NCBI GenBank assembly: GCA_041484665.1
Contig: JBGPIA010000012.1
Coordinates: forward strand, 65,914-129,913
Length of the DNA stretch: 64,000 nt
Direction of reading: 5' to 3'
From: Candidatus Krumholzibacteriia bacterium
Lineage (GTDB): Bacteria; Krumholzibacteriota; Krumholzibacteriia; JAJRXK01
Below the pieces are notes generated by a model. It did not search any database. It worked only from the letters and a program-made list of their open reading frames with translations, and was not told the origin of the DNA. Made by a program: the position numbers and the translations under genes. This document shows, in pieces, positions 38,058 through 48,475 of the stretch (positions are counted from its first letter, which is position 1; the number at the start of each line of letters is the position of its first letter).

Positions 38058-38062
38058 TCTGA

Positions 38063-40016
38063 TCACCCCCCGATGCAGGACGTAATTTTCACCGTGTGTT
38101 TCTGGCTCCACGACGTTGCAACCCCGTTGTCTGCCGTGATCTTGTATTCGAACCAGCAGTTGGGATGGCATGGTTGGGTGGACCAGGAAAAGGTGCAGGC
38201 ATAGCCGCCGGTCGTCTTGGTCTGCGCAAAGGCGCAGCCCAGCGACTGTGGCGTCAGCGTTGTCTCGTAGTCGTGGCACTCTGAACCGCCGGACTTGTAC
38301 GTGAGGTCCAGCTTGACGGTCGTGGCGGGGCCGCCGTCCATCCAGCTCCAAATGAACGTGACGATCCCAGGGCCAAAGTATTTTGCGCACGTCACCGTGG
38401 CATCCTTGACGTACGGGATGCTCTGGTCCGCGATGGTCACGGTCTGGTTCGGCAGGTACGTGCCCTCAGTCGTTTCGATGCCGTTGGGCCAACGAACAAC
38501 GACCGTACCCAGCGTGGAGCTACCTAGCCCGAACAGCAGCGGTACCGATGCTCCCGTGGAGTTGCCCGAGCTTCCCTGTACCCACTGCGCCACGCCGGTC
38601 TGGTTGACCGTTACGCGAGTGCCGATCAGGTCCGAGTTGGCAACCTTGTCCGTGAGGTACTGCCCGTAGGGTGTGCCCACGAGCTGCACCTTGAGCCAGC
38701 CGTTGTACGGATTATCGCCACCCGACGGGCAGGGCCCCGATGGACCCCACGGCGGCGGGCAGATGGTTGCGTCGCTGTAGAAGTTCTCAAGGAAGATGGT
38801 GCCTGGTACGCCCCCGGAGATAGTATCGCCCTGCAGGAGATCGGTATCGCCGTCGTAGTCGAAGTCGGCGGCAATGGCGCTGCGCACTCCTTGTGCTTCA
38901 ACGAGAGCAGGACCCGTGACGTCGGTCCAGTTCCCGTTCGACTCTTGGCGCAAGAGCGTCGCATTCAGCCCGGCGTATGCCGAATAGAATATCGCTTCCA
39001 TTCGCCCGTCGGTGTCGTAGTCGAGGAGCTGCGCCTCTCCCGCAGGGTCGGCCAATTCCGCCGTGTTGGCGTAGGTCGTCTGGTACCCAGCTGCGCCGAG
39101 ACCCTTGAGGATCCTTTCGTACCGCCCGCCCATTACCAAGTCGGGGTATGCGGATGCCTCGGGGACCAATCTGCCATAGGCAAGGCTTCCCACTTGGATC
39201 GGGCTGGTAAAGGCGGTCCACGGATTCCCGCTGACCGCAGTGAAGCCTGGCGGGGATTCGCCGTCGTTGAGCAGCACCAATCCGAGCGAACACACGCCAA
39301 TGCCCAGGTCCGCGTCTCGTTGCGAGACCAGGAGGTCTTGATCTCCATCGCCGTCGACATCTATCCACGCCACCGGGCCCACAATCCCCGGCCGGCATCC
39401 TTCCGGCGCTTCGCCGCTGTACCACGGGCCGTCGAAGGTTCCTATGCCGGCGGTTCCCCGATTATGCCGCACCTCCGCGTAGTGCCCTCCCGTTGCGGCG
39501 GCCAGGTCTACCCACCCGTCAGCGTCGTAGTCACCCCAAGCCGCCCAGTACAGGGCTGCGGAGGATTCGAGGCCGGCTGCCACGTGGCGCTCAATGAAGT
39601 TTGTGCCGGCCTGGTTCTCGTAGAGTTTCACCGATGTGCCTGGGCCCGGGCAGAAGACATCGACGTACCCGTCGTTGTTGTAGTCTGCCGGCGTCGGCTC
39701 CCCCTGATTTGCTGAAGGGGGGGGTGCCCCCAAACACCTGGAGGGTACTGTTCGTAAAGCTCGGCAAGCCACGGCTTAGTCCGGTGCCTCTGAACATGTA
39801 ACCTGTGCGATTTACGAGGTGGATTTGGACGTCCATCCACTGATCGTTGTCGTAGTTCAAGGCCGTCTCGAACAACGGCGTGCCATCGTAGTTCAAGCCG
39901 TTGTCCATGACTTCCTGGCTTCGATTCCAGAAGGCGGTGCCCGCTTGGGCGCCCGAGATGCAGTACGCCGATGCCAGCGCCGTGAGGAACACGATCCAAG
40001 TCTTCCATTTCCGCAT
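38063..40016 (-). pseudogene. FG-GAP/CRTAC1-like + ASPIC/UnbV-like secreted protein, frameshifted at a C8 tract
   Basis: Signal-peptide ORF 39591-40016 joins 38063-39772 if C8 (plus-strand G8, 39717-39724) is C7; DYNNDGYVD, DYDADGWVD, DFDYDGDTD repeats; WLKVQLVG...LLFGLG...VRWPNG. Confidence 0.8.
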
Positions 40017-40019
40017 GGG

Positions 40020-41306
40020 CTACCTCCCTGATTGACTGAATCGCGCTTTCACCTCTCCAATCGATTTCTTGGGGGTGGGTACAGAGTGGGTCACGATCGG
40101 CCAGAACGACACGAACCCATGGGGGTTCTCCCTTGGATCGTCGTGCCCGTCGAAGATGCTCTGCGCGATCGCTACGGAGTCCGTAAGGCCCCAGTAGTTA
40201 CCCACCAGGTCCAGCACAACATCGTCCGGTCCCAGGTAGCTGAGCATCTTGACGGAACTATTCGTCCAGTTGGTGATCTGGGAATCTCGTAGCGTGACTC
40301 GGCTTTGGAACATGGCCAGAATCCCAGCGTAGCAGCCATCGATAAGCAAGCTGTCGCCGACAATGGTGGAGTAAGCATCTGGGGCCAGCCCGATAGGGGT
40401 ACTTGGCTGGGGCCCTATGGCCTTGCCATGGATCCGAAGGTTGCGGGCTTCGATTGTTGCTCCAGGCCAGAGCGTCTGCAGTACATCACTGGCAGCGTCC
40501 ACGACGATGCAGTTACGGACGAGGCCGCTTGAGGGGCCTTGGACTTCAAGCACCTCAGAGTTCCTGAACTGGCAGTCCGCGATCAGTCCTCTAGAATTGC
40601 GAATCACTAGCATCGCGGTGTCGACCAGTGGCTGGCTACTGTAATTGCAGCGTCGCATATCGGCCATGGCGTGGTCGACGACCGTTACGCCGACTCCGCG
40701 CATGCGATTGAACGTGCAGTCGCGGATCCACAGGCGGCCAGTGGGAGACCCGACGACGAGCCCGATGAATTGCTTGTCGAACGCGCAGTGGTCTACGAGC
40801 GTGTGCCCGTCTGCCCGGATGCCTGAGTCCATGTCCTGCACAAGCAGTCCGGAAAACGTGAGGCTGTCGCTGATCATCGAGAAGAACGCCCAGGTATCCG
40901 CGTCGGTCCCGGCGCGGAAGACGGGCAATCCCTCACCGAGAATCGTCAGTGGCTTCTCGACCCAGCCCACGGCGCGGCGGTAGGTGTGATCGGCATAGCG
41001 CTGTGTCGTGGTCGTGTAGGTGCCCTGCATGATGACAAGCGTGTCGGACGGTGCCGCAGCGTCCAAGGCAGCCTGGACGTTTGTGAACTGCCCGGCGCCA
41101 CGGGACGACACGCGCAGGACAGCTGCGTTCGACAGGGGGCAATGTGACTGGAGCGCGAGAAGGACAACCAGCACGACCCATGCGCGGTTGAGACCGCGGA
41201 GCAACCAGTGCTCTGACGTGGTGTCGTGAGCGTGGGTCCTGGCTTCAGACTTGGCCCTGCGAGGTGGCCGGCTGGAGTCAAAGAACCGCGGGGGAAGCGG
41301 CGCCAT
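40020..41306 (-). CDS. Right-handed beta-helix (pectin-lyase-fold) secreted protein with SIGEVKARF tail; start uncertain
   Basis: QFTNVQAALDAAAPSDTLVIMQGTY, KPLTILG, Cys-containing beta-helix repeats, GNYWG; C-term variant of the WGxVK motif. Confidence 0.75.
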   Translation of the reverse strand: MAPLPPRFFDSSRPPRRAKSEARTHAHDTTSEHWLLRGLNRAWVVLVVLLALQSHCPLSNAAVLRVSSRGAGQFTNVQAALDAAAPSDTLVIMQGTYTTTTQRYADHTYRRAVGWVEKPLTILGEGLPVFRAGTDADTWAFFSMISDSLTFSGLLVQDMDSGIRADGHTLVDHCAFDKQFIGLVVGSPTGRLWIRDCTFNRMRGVGVTVVDHAMADMRRCNYSSQPLVDTAMLVIRNSRGLIADCQFRNSEVLEVQGPSSGLVRNCIVVDAASDVLQTLWPGATIEARNLRIHGKAIGPQPSTPIGLAPDAYSTIVGDSLLIDGCYAGILAMFQSRVTLRDSQITNWTNSSVKMLSYLGPDDVVLDLVGNYWGLTDSVAIAQSIFDGHDDPRENPHGFVSFWPIVTHSVPTPKKSIGEVKARFSQSGR

Positions 41307-41762
41307 TGCGTGCCCTTTCGCTCACGCTTGGGCCCCTGCGCGCATTCTGACTGAATCAGGCGACTCGCCCGCGTGACGAGGTCGCGTTGCCGCAGAGTTT
41401 GTGTGCCCGCAGGCCCGGGCACGGGCTGGAGCCGATAGGTACACAAGGCAATCGCGCCGGGGACGTCAAGTCTGGACTTGTGACTTATGGGCTGATGATT
41501 TTGTGACCTCATGATCCTGGGGTCCCGGTCGCTCAGCCTGCCAGCACGTGCGCGGCGGAGCTGCTCTGAGCAGGCGTTCGCGCGCCGGGGATCCAGCCGT
41601 GGGTTCACGCGAATTCATATCAGCCAATCGGACCGTTGGTTCAGCGCAAGCTCCGGGCCCTCGAATGCGGGTCGTGCTCCGTCCGGCTCGGCATGGACCG
41701 ACGCCGGAAAGAACGCCGCCGCGAATTGCTGGGCTGCCATCTGGCGCAGGCTGCCTAGCGGC

Positions 41763-42010
41763 TGTCAATGCCGCTCGAAATCTCAGCAGAAGTCGCGGTC
41801 GTGGATTCACCCACCTCCTGGGCTCGGGGGATCAGCTGGTGGCGGATGCCGCGAGTTCCCTTTCGGGCCAGCCCGGCCTGCGCCGGGACGCAGCCTCCTC
41901 GGCCTCGGCTGGTTTGGTGAGCGCTTCTGGGAGCAGCGCGGCGTGCTCGCGCAGCCGGCACGAGCTCCCTTCGAGCTGGACCGCCACCGCGTGGTGTAGG
42001 AGTCGGCCAG
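41763..42010 (-). mobile_element. IS21-family remnant: istB 3' fragment plus terminal inverted repeat
   Basis: RLLHHAVAVQLEGSSCRLREHAALLP matches the IstB C-terminal pattern (DRLLHH...GxSYRL); terminus TGTCAATGCC... at 41763. Confidence 0.7.
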
Positions 42011-42235
42011 CTCTTGTCCAGCGGTCCATCAGCTTTGCGCCCGGGGCATGACGACGCACGGGGTGCGCACCAAGCACAGCGCCCCAGGCCATCCGGCCTG
42101 GGGCGCTGCCGTTTCCTGTCGGCTGTGCCGGCTGGTCGTCACCGCAGAGCAGGCCCAGCGCGTTGCGGCTCGCGGCAGATCAGCCCGCAGCCTTCCCGCT
42201 GGAGCCCGTTCGGCTTGCGACTCCGGCTCCGGCGA

Positions 42236-42544
42236 CTAGTACCGCGAACCGCGATCGAAGCGCTCGCGGCCGCCGCCGAAGCCACCGCGAGGACGCTCCT
42301 CGCGCGGCTTCGCCTCGTTCACGCGCACCTCGCGGCCCGCGATCGTCTTGCCGTTGACAGCCTCGATCGCGCGCAGGCCCGCCTCGCGGTCCTCCATCTC
42401 GACAAAGCCGAAACCGCGGGAGCGGCCCGTCTCCTTGTCCATGATGATGGCGGCCTTGGTAACGACCCCGTGGGGCTCGAACGCCGAACGCAGATCGGCG
42501 TCGGAGGCATTGAACGACAGATTGCCGACGTAGATATTGATCAT
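42236..42544 (-). CDS. RRM-domain RNA-binding protein with Gly/Arg tail
   Basis: IYVGNL (RNP2), RGFGFVEM (RNP1), VNEAKPR. Confidence 0.95.
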   Translation of the reverse strand: MINIYVGNLSFNASDADLRSAFEPHGVVTKAAIIMDKETGRSRGFGFVEMEDREAGLRAIEAVNGKTIAGREVRVNEAKPREERPRGGFGGGRERFDRGSRY

Positions 42545-42784
42545 CTCGAGGATCTCCTTCTGCCCGACCATTCTTTCACGAGAGCCAAGTCCAAACAGGC
42601 GGGGCAGAAGACCGGGATCCTGTCGCAACCGGGCCGTCGGGGCTGCGGCACCACAGACTACGCCGCAGCCAGGTCTCTCCAGCGCGATCTATCCAACGGG
42701 GGATGCCCACATGGGCTCCGAGGGGCACTGTCGAACACGGATGGAAGGACCGGCCCACGGGATCGGCGATGGAGGGGATGCCCA

Positions 42785-42813
42785 AGTGTAGCAGAATCCG
42801 GGCCAGGGGCAAA
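42785..42813 (-). promoter_or_regulatory. Putative sigma70 promoter of the RRM gene
   Basis: TTGCCC-N16-TACACT with extended -10 TG; implies a 5' UTR of ~235 nt. Confidence 0.45.
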
Positions 42814-43138
42814 CTACCGGCGGGGCTAGGCGGGGTCCGCGAGCTCGCCCGAGCCTAAGAAAAAGGCCCATAGCTACCGGGCGGTGCCTGGCGAGCGCCC
42901 GGGCTGCAAAACCAAGCGCAGCGCGCGGCTAGCCGTGGTCCGGCAGGCCGCCCTCGGCACGACCGCAGGGCAGCAGGGGGCGTGGCCGATACCGCAGCCC
43001 CGCGCCCAGTCAATCGAGGCGGGAACCCCCGCCCAGCGACCCGGGCCCGGCCGCGCAGCCGGGGGCTCCACCGCGCAGGCGCTCGCATCGGGGCACCCGG
43101 CACCGCTCGTGCGAGCCTGCTCCAGGACGCGTGCGGGC

Positions 43139-44878
43139 CTACTGCAGGATCAGGATGTCGATCCGCCGGTTCTTGGCCCGGCCATCGGGCGCCGCATTGG
43201 AGGCGATGGGCTTCTCGGCCCCGTAGCCGATCGCCTTGATCCGGTCGGCAGGGATGGACAGCCCTTGCCGCAGGTACTGCATCAGCGCGAACGCGCGCTT
43301 CTCGGAGAGCTGCTGGTTGGCCACCCCTTCGCCTGAGGCGTCGGTGTGCCCCTCGACGACGTAGGTTGCGTCGGGGTAGAGCTTGAAGATGCTCTCGACC
43401 TTCTGCAGCAGCGGCACGTGAGCGTCCTTGATGTCGGCCTTGCCGGGGTCGAACGAGATCCCGCTCAGGCGCAGCACGACGTCGCCGTTGGCGTTGAGCA
43501 GGATCTCGCCCTCGGAGGGATTGAGGGTCTGCTTCGCCTTGGTGAAGCGGTCGTCCTTGGCCTGGCGCGCCTGCAGCTGTGCGGAAGCCTCCTGGTGCAC
43601 CGTGGTCAGCTCGGCAAGCTTCAGCTCGGTGGCCTTCGACTTCTCGCTGTTGGCGGCCTTTTCGGCCACGAGCTCGCCGACTTTCTGGTCCACCAGCTGC
43701 GCCAGCTTCACCGGATCGTTCTCCTCGCTGGCGACGGCCAGCCGCGCCAGCACTTGCTGCAGCTGCTGCGACACGCCCCCGCGCAGCTGCTGCATCTGCC
43801 CGGTCAGCTGCGCACTGTTCTCGGCCTTCTCGCTCTTGGTGCGCGCGGTCTCGCCCTGGAGCTTCTCGATGAACGCCACGACCGAGTCGGTCGCCGCGAT
43901 GGGCCCGTTGTCGAAGGGCAGGTACTCCCAGCCCATCTTCTGCCCGAACCGGTTCATCTGGATCTCGTAGAGCAGCATGAGCTTTTCCCACGCCTGGTCG
44001 TTGCGATTGAGCGACCGGACCGACGTGGCGATGTTGGAGGCGTGGCGCGCCTCGTACTCGGCGTGCTTGGCCTCCTTGACCGACTCGGTGCGGTTGTAGC
44101 GGTCCTTGGTGAGGACGGCGTCCCCACGCTTGCGCGCGCTGCGCGCCGCGTCCAGCGTCGAGGGCGCGTATTTCACCGCCTCGTCGACCACGGCCTTGTC
44201 GATCAACTTGTCGGCCGGGCCCAGGATCTCCACCCGGATGGCGGCATCCTCGGCCTTGTCGAACAGCGGAGTCGCCTCGGCAGCACGCCGCAAGCCGCCT
44301 TTCACGTCGCCACCCTCGACCTTGGCCGTGGCTTCCAGGAACTTCGTCTCGGCCAGCGTGTACAGATCGGTCACGAGCAGCGGCGCCTTGGCCGCCTTGG
44401 CCTTGTTGCGCGGCTCGAGGTACTGCTGAAGCGAGAGCTTGCCCACCTGCGTAGCCTTGCCGGCGTTCTCGGCATACTCGCGGGCCTCGGCCACGACCTT
44501 GTCGATGTCCGACTGCTTGCGGCTCTGCTCGAGCAGCGTACGCGCGGAGGCGAAGCGCTCGGACGCCTTGGCCCAGGCCTTCGGCGCGAAAACGTCGGCT
44601 TCGGCGGCCTTTCCGGTGTCCATGATCTTGGCGAGCTCGTCGAACTTCGCGCGGTCGGCGGCGCAGGCGTCCCGCGCCGGCAGCGTGACTGCGAGCGCGA
44701 GGGCCAGCGCGGTGGCCAGCGTGAGGGCCGGCGCGAGCGTCGCAGCGATCGCCGGCGCGAGCGTCGGTACCAATCGCTGCACCAGCCGCGGCGCGCGCGT
44801 CGACCTGAGGACCGGCGCGGCATGGCGTGCGCGTTGCGCAAGCGACCGGGCCGGAATGCGATGGAAGCGACCGTTCAT
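43139..44878 (-). CDS. OmpA-family peptidoglycan-binding protein with long coiled coil
   Basis: VEGHTD, NQQLSEKRA, GYGAEKPIASN, GRAKNRRIDI; helical N-terminal region; signal peptide. Confidence 0.9.
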   Translation of the reverse strand: MNGRFHRIPARSLAQRARHAAPVLRSTRAPRLVQRLVPTLAPAIAATLAPALTLATALALALAVTLPARDACAADRAKFDELAKIMDTGKAAEADVFAPKAWAKASERFASARTLLEQSRKQSDIDKVVAEAREYAENAGKATQVGKLSLQQYLEPRNKAKAAKAPLLVTDLYTLAETKFLEATAKVEGGDVKGGLRRAAEATPLFDKAEDAAIRVEILGPADKLIDKAVVDEAVKYAPSTLDAARSARKRGDAVLTKDRYNRTESVKEAKHAEYEARHASNIATSVRSLNRNDQAWEKLMLLYEIQMNRFGQKMGWEYLPFDNGPIAATDSVVAFIEKLQGETARTKSEKAENSAQLTGQMQQLRGGVSQQLQQVLARLAVASEENDPVKLAQLVDQKVGELVAEKAANSEKSKATELKLAELTTVHQEASAQLQARQAKDDRFTKAKQTLNPSEGEILLNANGDVVLRLSGISFDPGKADIKDAHVPLLQKVESIFKLYPDATYVVEGHTDASGEGVANQQLSEKRAFALMQYLRQGLSIPADRIKAIGYGAEKPIASNAAPDGRAKNRRIDILILQ

Positions 44879-45061
44879 CGTGGGGTTCCTCCAGGGATCG
44901 GGCCTCTCACGCGGTGAACAAAGGAGACGCCCAGAGCTGCGGGGACAGTAGACACGCCAGCCCCGGGTGTGGCAAGAAGATCAGCATCCCCGGCCCAACC
45001 GCAGGGACGCTGCCGCGCGCGCGCAGTGTACCCGGAACGCACTCGATCCGCAGCGCACTAT

Positions 45062-45982
45062 ATGATGAAGGCCGCCACGCACCCTACAGCCGCGTTCGCC
45101 CACCATGGGCGCGCGGCCTGCGTTCAACGCCCGACCGCTGCACTCGTTGTAACTCTCGTGTCGTTGCTGGGTTGGAGCGCCGGGCCTGGGGCAGCATCCG
45201 CGCGGGCCCACGAGTTCTGGCTGTCTCCCGCGACCTATCAGCCAGCGCCCGCGGAGACCGTGGCCGTCCAGGCCTTCACCGGCACCGGCTTCCGTGGTGA
45301 GCTCAAGCCGTACACGCTGACCCGAGTGGTCCGCCTGGATCTGGTAGGGTGGGAGACGGTCGACCTTTCCAGGAGCGCCAGCACCGGCGACCTGGTCTTT
45401 GCTCGCTTCGCCCCGCCTGACGACGGCGGAGCCCTGGTGGTCTATCAATCGATCTTCACGTACCTCGACCTGCCGGGCGACCGGTTCGGCGAGTATCTGC
45501 TGCAGGAAGGGCTCGACAACGCGCGCTCGGTGCGCGATCGCGACGGTCAGCAGGCCGAGATCGGCCACGAGCGTTACCGCCGCTGCGCCAAGGCGTGGCT
45601 GGCGGGCAGGGACCCGTCGCGCGCTCAGCAGCGCGTCGATCTGCCGCTGGAGATCGTGCCGCTGGCCGATCCGTCGAAGGCGAAGAAGCTCCCGGTTCTG
45701 GTGCTTTGGGATGGCAAACCGCTGGAAGGCGCGCTGCTCAAGGCGTGGCGCCAGGCGCTGGATGCGGGCCACGCGGGCGCTGCACCACGCAGCGCCGCCA
45801 CGCGCGACTCGGTGCCGCCCGTCTTCCGGGGCCGCACTGACCGCACTGGCAAGATCACGGTCAGCGTCGATCAGCCCGGCGAATGGATGCTCAACACCGT
45901 GCACATGGAGCCCAGCGCCGACGATCAGGCGCAGTGGGAGAGCACCTGGGCGTCGTTCACTTTCGCTCGCAAGCGCAGGTAA
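45062..45982 (+). CDS. DUF4198-family periplasmic protein (putative Ni/Co uptake)
   Basis: Signal then AHEFWL, YLLQEGL, ERYRRCAK, LEIVPLADP, WESTWASFTF. Confidence 0.82.
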   Translation: MMKAATHPTAAFAHHGRAACVQRPTAALVVTLVSLLGWSAGPGAASARAHEFWLSPATYQPAPAETVAVQAFTGTGFRGELKPYTLTRVVRLDLVGWETVDLSRSASTGDLVFARFAPPDDGGALVVYQSIFTYLDLPGDRFGEYLLQEGLDNARSVRDRDGQQAEIGHERYRRCAKAWLAGRDPSRAQQRVDLPLEIVPLADPSKAKKLPVLVLWDGKPLEGALLKAWRQALDAGHAGAAPRSAATRDSVPPVFRGRTDRTGKITVSVDQPGEWMLNTVHMEPSADDQAQWESTWASFTFARKRR

Positions 45983-46191
45983 TGCGGCGCGCCCACGCGC
46001 CACGCCGTTGACCGGCTCCCACGAGCGGGCCTAGACTCCCCCGGGGTCGTTCCCGCGAGCTGCCAACCAGATCGCGCCGGGCTCCCCGCGAGCTTGCAAC
46101 CAGCTGCCCGCGGGCTTGCAAAGCGCCGCGTGAAGAGCGCACAAGGAGCTGGGCCGCGTCAGCCAACGGGCGCGGCCGCGCACCGATCCAC

Positions 46192-47586
46192 ATGAGCGCT
46201 TCCACTCCTCCAGGCCGCCGCGCCGCGGGTGCGGCCGGACGCCCGGCGCCTCGACCCGGCCGGCAGCCCGTGCACACCGTGTACGGCGGCGCGCACCTGT
46301 TCACGGCGCGCACGGCCGTCAAGCTGGGCGAGCTGGCCCGCAGCGCGCTCGCCGAGCACGCCCCCGACGCCTTCACCTTCGCCCGCGCGCTGGAGCTGCC
46401 CGGTTGTCACGAGCTGGCGTTGCCCGCCGCCGATCGCCGCCGCCTCGTGCAGCGCTTCGCCCGCGCGCCGCAGACGCTGCGCGCCTCAGAGCCCGCCGCC
46501 TGGCTGGCGCTCGCCATCCATGGGCGCGTCCAGGACAAGCTCCAGCGCGAGCCCGTTGAGGACTACCGCATCGACTTCGAGGACGGATACGGCGTGCGCT
46601 CCGATGCCGAGGAGGACGCCGACGCCCAGCGCGTCGCGGTGGAGATCGCGCAGGGACTGGAGCAGGGCACGTTGCCCCCGTCCATCGGCATCCGCATCAA
46701 GCCCCTGAGCGGCGCCTCGCGGCCCCGTGCCGAGCGCACGCTGGAGCTCGTCCTGCACACTCTCGCCGCGCAGCCGGGCGGGCGCATCCCCGGGCCATTC
46801 CTCGTGACGCTGCCTAAGGTCACAGCGGTGGGGCAGGTGGGTGACCTCACGCGCCTGCTGCAGCGCCACGAGCAGACCCTCGGTCTGTCGGTGGGCACGC
46901 TGCGCCTGGAGTTGATGATCGAGGCGCCACAGGTGATCGTCGATCCGCACGGTCGCTGCACCCTGCCCGTGCTGCGCGACGCCGCCGAGGGCCGCTGCGC
47001 CGCCGCCCACTTCGGCCCCTACGACTACACGGCGGCGTGCGGGATCGCCGCCGCGCACCAGACCCTTGATCATCCGCTGTGCGACTTCGCCCGCGCGACC
47101 ATGCTCAACGCGTTCGCCGGCACCGGCGTCTTCCTTGCCGACGGGCCCACGAACGTATTGCCCATTGGGCCACACCGCGCGCCGGCGCGCAAAAAGACGG
47201 CGCGGAGCTCTGCCTCTGCGAGGTTGACCCGAGCGCAGCAGCGCGAGAACACCGCCGCCGTGCACCATGCCTGGCGAAGTTCCTCCCACAACATCCGCCA
47301 CGCCCTGACCACAGGGTTCTACCAGGGCTGGGACCTGCATCCCGCGCAGCTCCCGGCGCGCTTTGGCGTCACCTACGCCTTCTTCCTCGAAGGGCTCAGC
47401 GCGGCGGCCGGGCGGCTGCGCAACCTGCTGGACGCCCAGGTGCAGGCGACGCGCGTCGGCGCCGCGTTCGATGACGCGGCGACGGGGCGGGGTCTTTCAG
47501 GCTTCCTGCGGCGCGCGCTGGAGTGCGGGGCGGTGACGGTCGAGGAGCTGGCGGCGGCTGGGATTGGTGAGGATCGATTGGCCTGA
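46192..47586 (+). CDS. DUF6986 / HpcH-HpaI aldolase-citrate lyase superfamily protein
   Basis: RQPVHTVYGGAHLF, DYRIDFEDGYG, HFGPYDY, DGPTNVLP, FYQGWDLHPAQLP, FDDAATG. Confidence 0.82.
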   Translation: MSASTPPGRRAAGAAGRPAPRPGRQPVHTVYGGAHLFTARTAVKLGELARSALAEHAPDAFTFARALELPGCHELALPAADRRRLVQRFARAPQTLRASEPAAWLALAIHGRVQDKLQREPVEDYRIDFEDGYGVRSDAEEDADAQRVAVEIAQGLEQGTLPPSIGIRIKPLSGASRPRAERTLELVLHTLAAQPGGRIPGPFLVTLPKVTAVGQVGDLTRLLQRHEQTLGLSVGTLRLELMIEAPQVIVDPHGRCTLPVLRDAAEGRCAAAHFGPYDYTAACGIAAAHQTLDHPLCDFARATMLNAFAGTGVFLADGPTNVLPIGPHRAPARKKTARSSASARLTRAQQRENTAAVHHAWRSSSHNIRHALTTGFYQGWDLHPAQLPARFGVTYAFFLEGLSAAAGRLRNLLDAQVQATRVGAAFDDAATGRGLSGFLRRALECGAVTVEELAAAGIGEDRLA

Positions 47587-47706
47587 GCGCGCGGCGCTCG
47601 TTGCTGGCGGATCGCGATCTCCGTATCGTTGCGTTTTGACACCGCACGCACCCCAAGGGAGCGCCCACGCGTGAGCTTCACGAGCCGCCGGCCCGCCACG
47701 CAGTAC

Positions 47707-47958
47707 ATGGTGATGACGCTAGCCGCAGCCGGGCTGACGCTCGTCTTCCGCCCGGGCTGAGGGCTCTGGCGGGCCGTCCTGGGAGGACTGTCGATGCTGG
47801 TGTTCCCCGCGATGGTGATCGCCCACTCCGTTGGCGATCTCCGGCAGGGGTACAGACGTGGCCTACGCTTGGGCTATCTCGGGACCAGCCTGGCGCTGAT
47901 CGTGTACTTCCTGGCGATCTACATGCACCAGCAAGCCTCGTGCGTGCGATCCGGGTAA
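47707..47958 (+). pseudogene. Small membrane-protein remnant with internal in-frame TGA
   Basis: Hydrophobic reading frame interrupted by TGA at 47758-47760. Confidence 0.3.
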
Positions 47959-48025
47959 GGCGGCAACCCTGCGCCGCATCGCGGCTCGCGCGCTTCCACG
48001 CGCTACCTCAACGAATGGAAAACCC

Positions 48026-48466
48026 ATGGTTCTCTTCGCAGCCTGCCTTCTCGCCAGCATGCTCGTCCAGGAGCCCAACGCTGCAGCAGCGCCGGCCGAC
48101 GGCGCAACGGAGTTGGCGCGGTTAGAGACGGTATGGAATGACGCCCACACACATGCCGATGCCAATGCGCTGGATCGCCTGTGGGCCGACGACCTCTTGG
48201 TTGTGGTTCCCAGAATGCCGGTCATGAGGAAAGTGGATGCTGTCGGCATGATGCGGTCTGGTCGGATGACCTTCCGCCGCTATGAAACGTCCGACCTGAA
48301 CATCCGCATTTACGGTGATGCGGCGGTCGTGACGGGACGATTGCGGAGATCTCGTCTGATCAACGATCGACCCGTGGATGACAACTGGCAATTCACGAAG
48401 GTCTACATTCGAAACAGTGGACAATGGCGGGTAGTCTCGTTCCATGCGTCGGAGTCACCCCAGTAG
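48026..48466 (+). CDS. NTF2-like/DUF4440 protein
   Basis: DANALDRLWADD, IRIYGDAAVVTG, FTKVYIRNSGQWRVVSFHAS. Confidence 0.85.
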   Translation: MVLFAACLLASMLVQEPNAAAAPADGATELARLETVWNDAHTHADANALDRLWADDLLVVVPRMPVMRKVDAVGMMRSGRMTFRRYETSDLNIRIYGDAAVVTGRLRRSRLINDRPVDDNWQFTKVYIRNSGQWRVVSFHASESPQ

Positions 48467-48475
48467 GCCTGGCAG

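Noticed and set aside
44880..45061. Cobalamin or metal riboswitch upstream of DUF4198
   Set aside because: No recognisable conserved riboswitch core by eye; would need an Rfam scan
47758..47760. In-frame TGA as a second selenocysteine codon
   Set aside because: Hydrophobic context with no redox motif and no convincing SECIS; more likely a nonsense mutation
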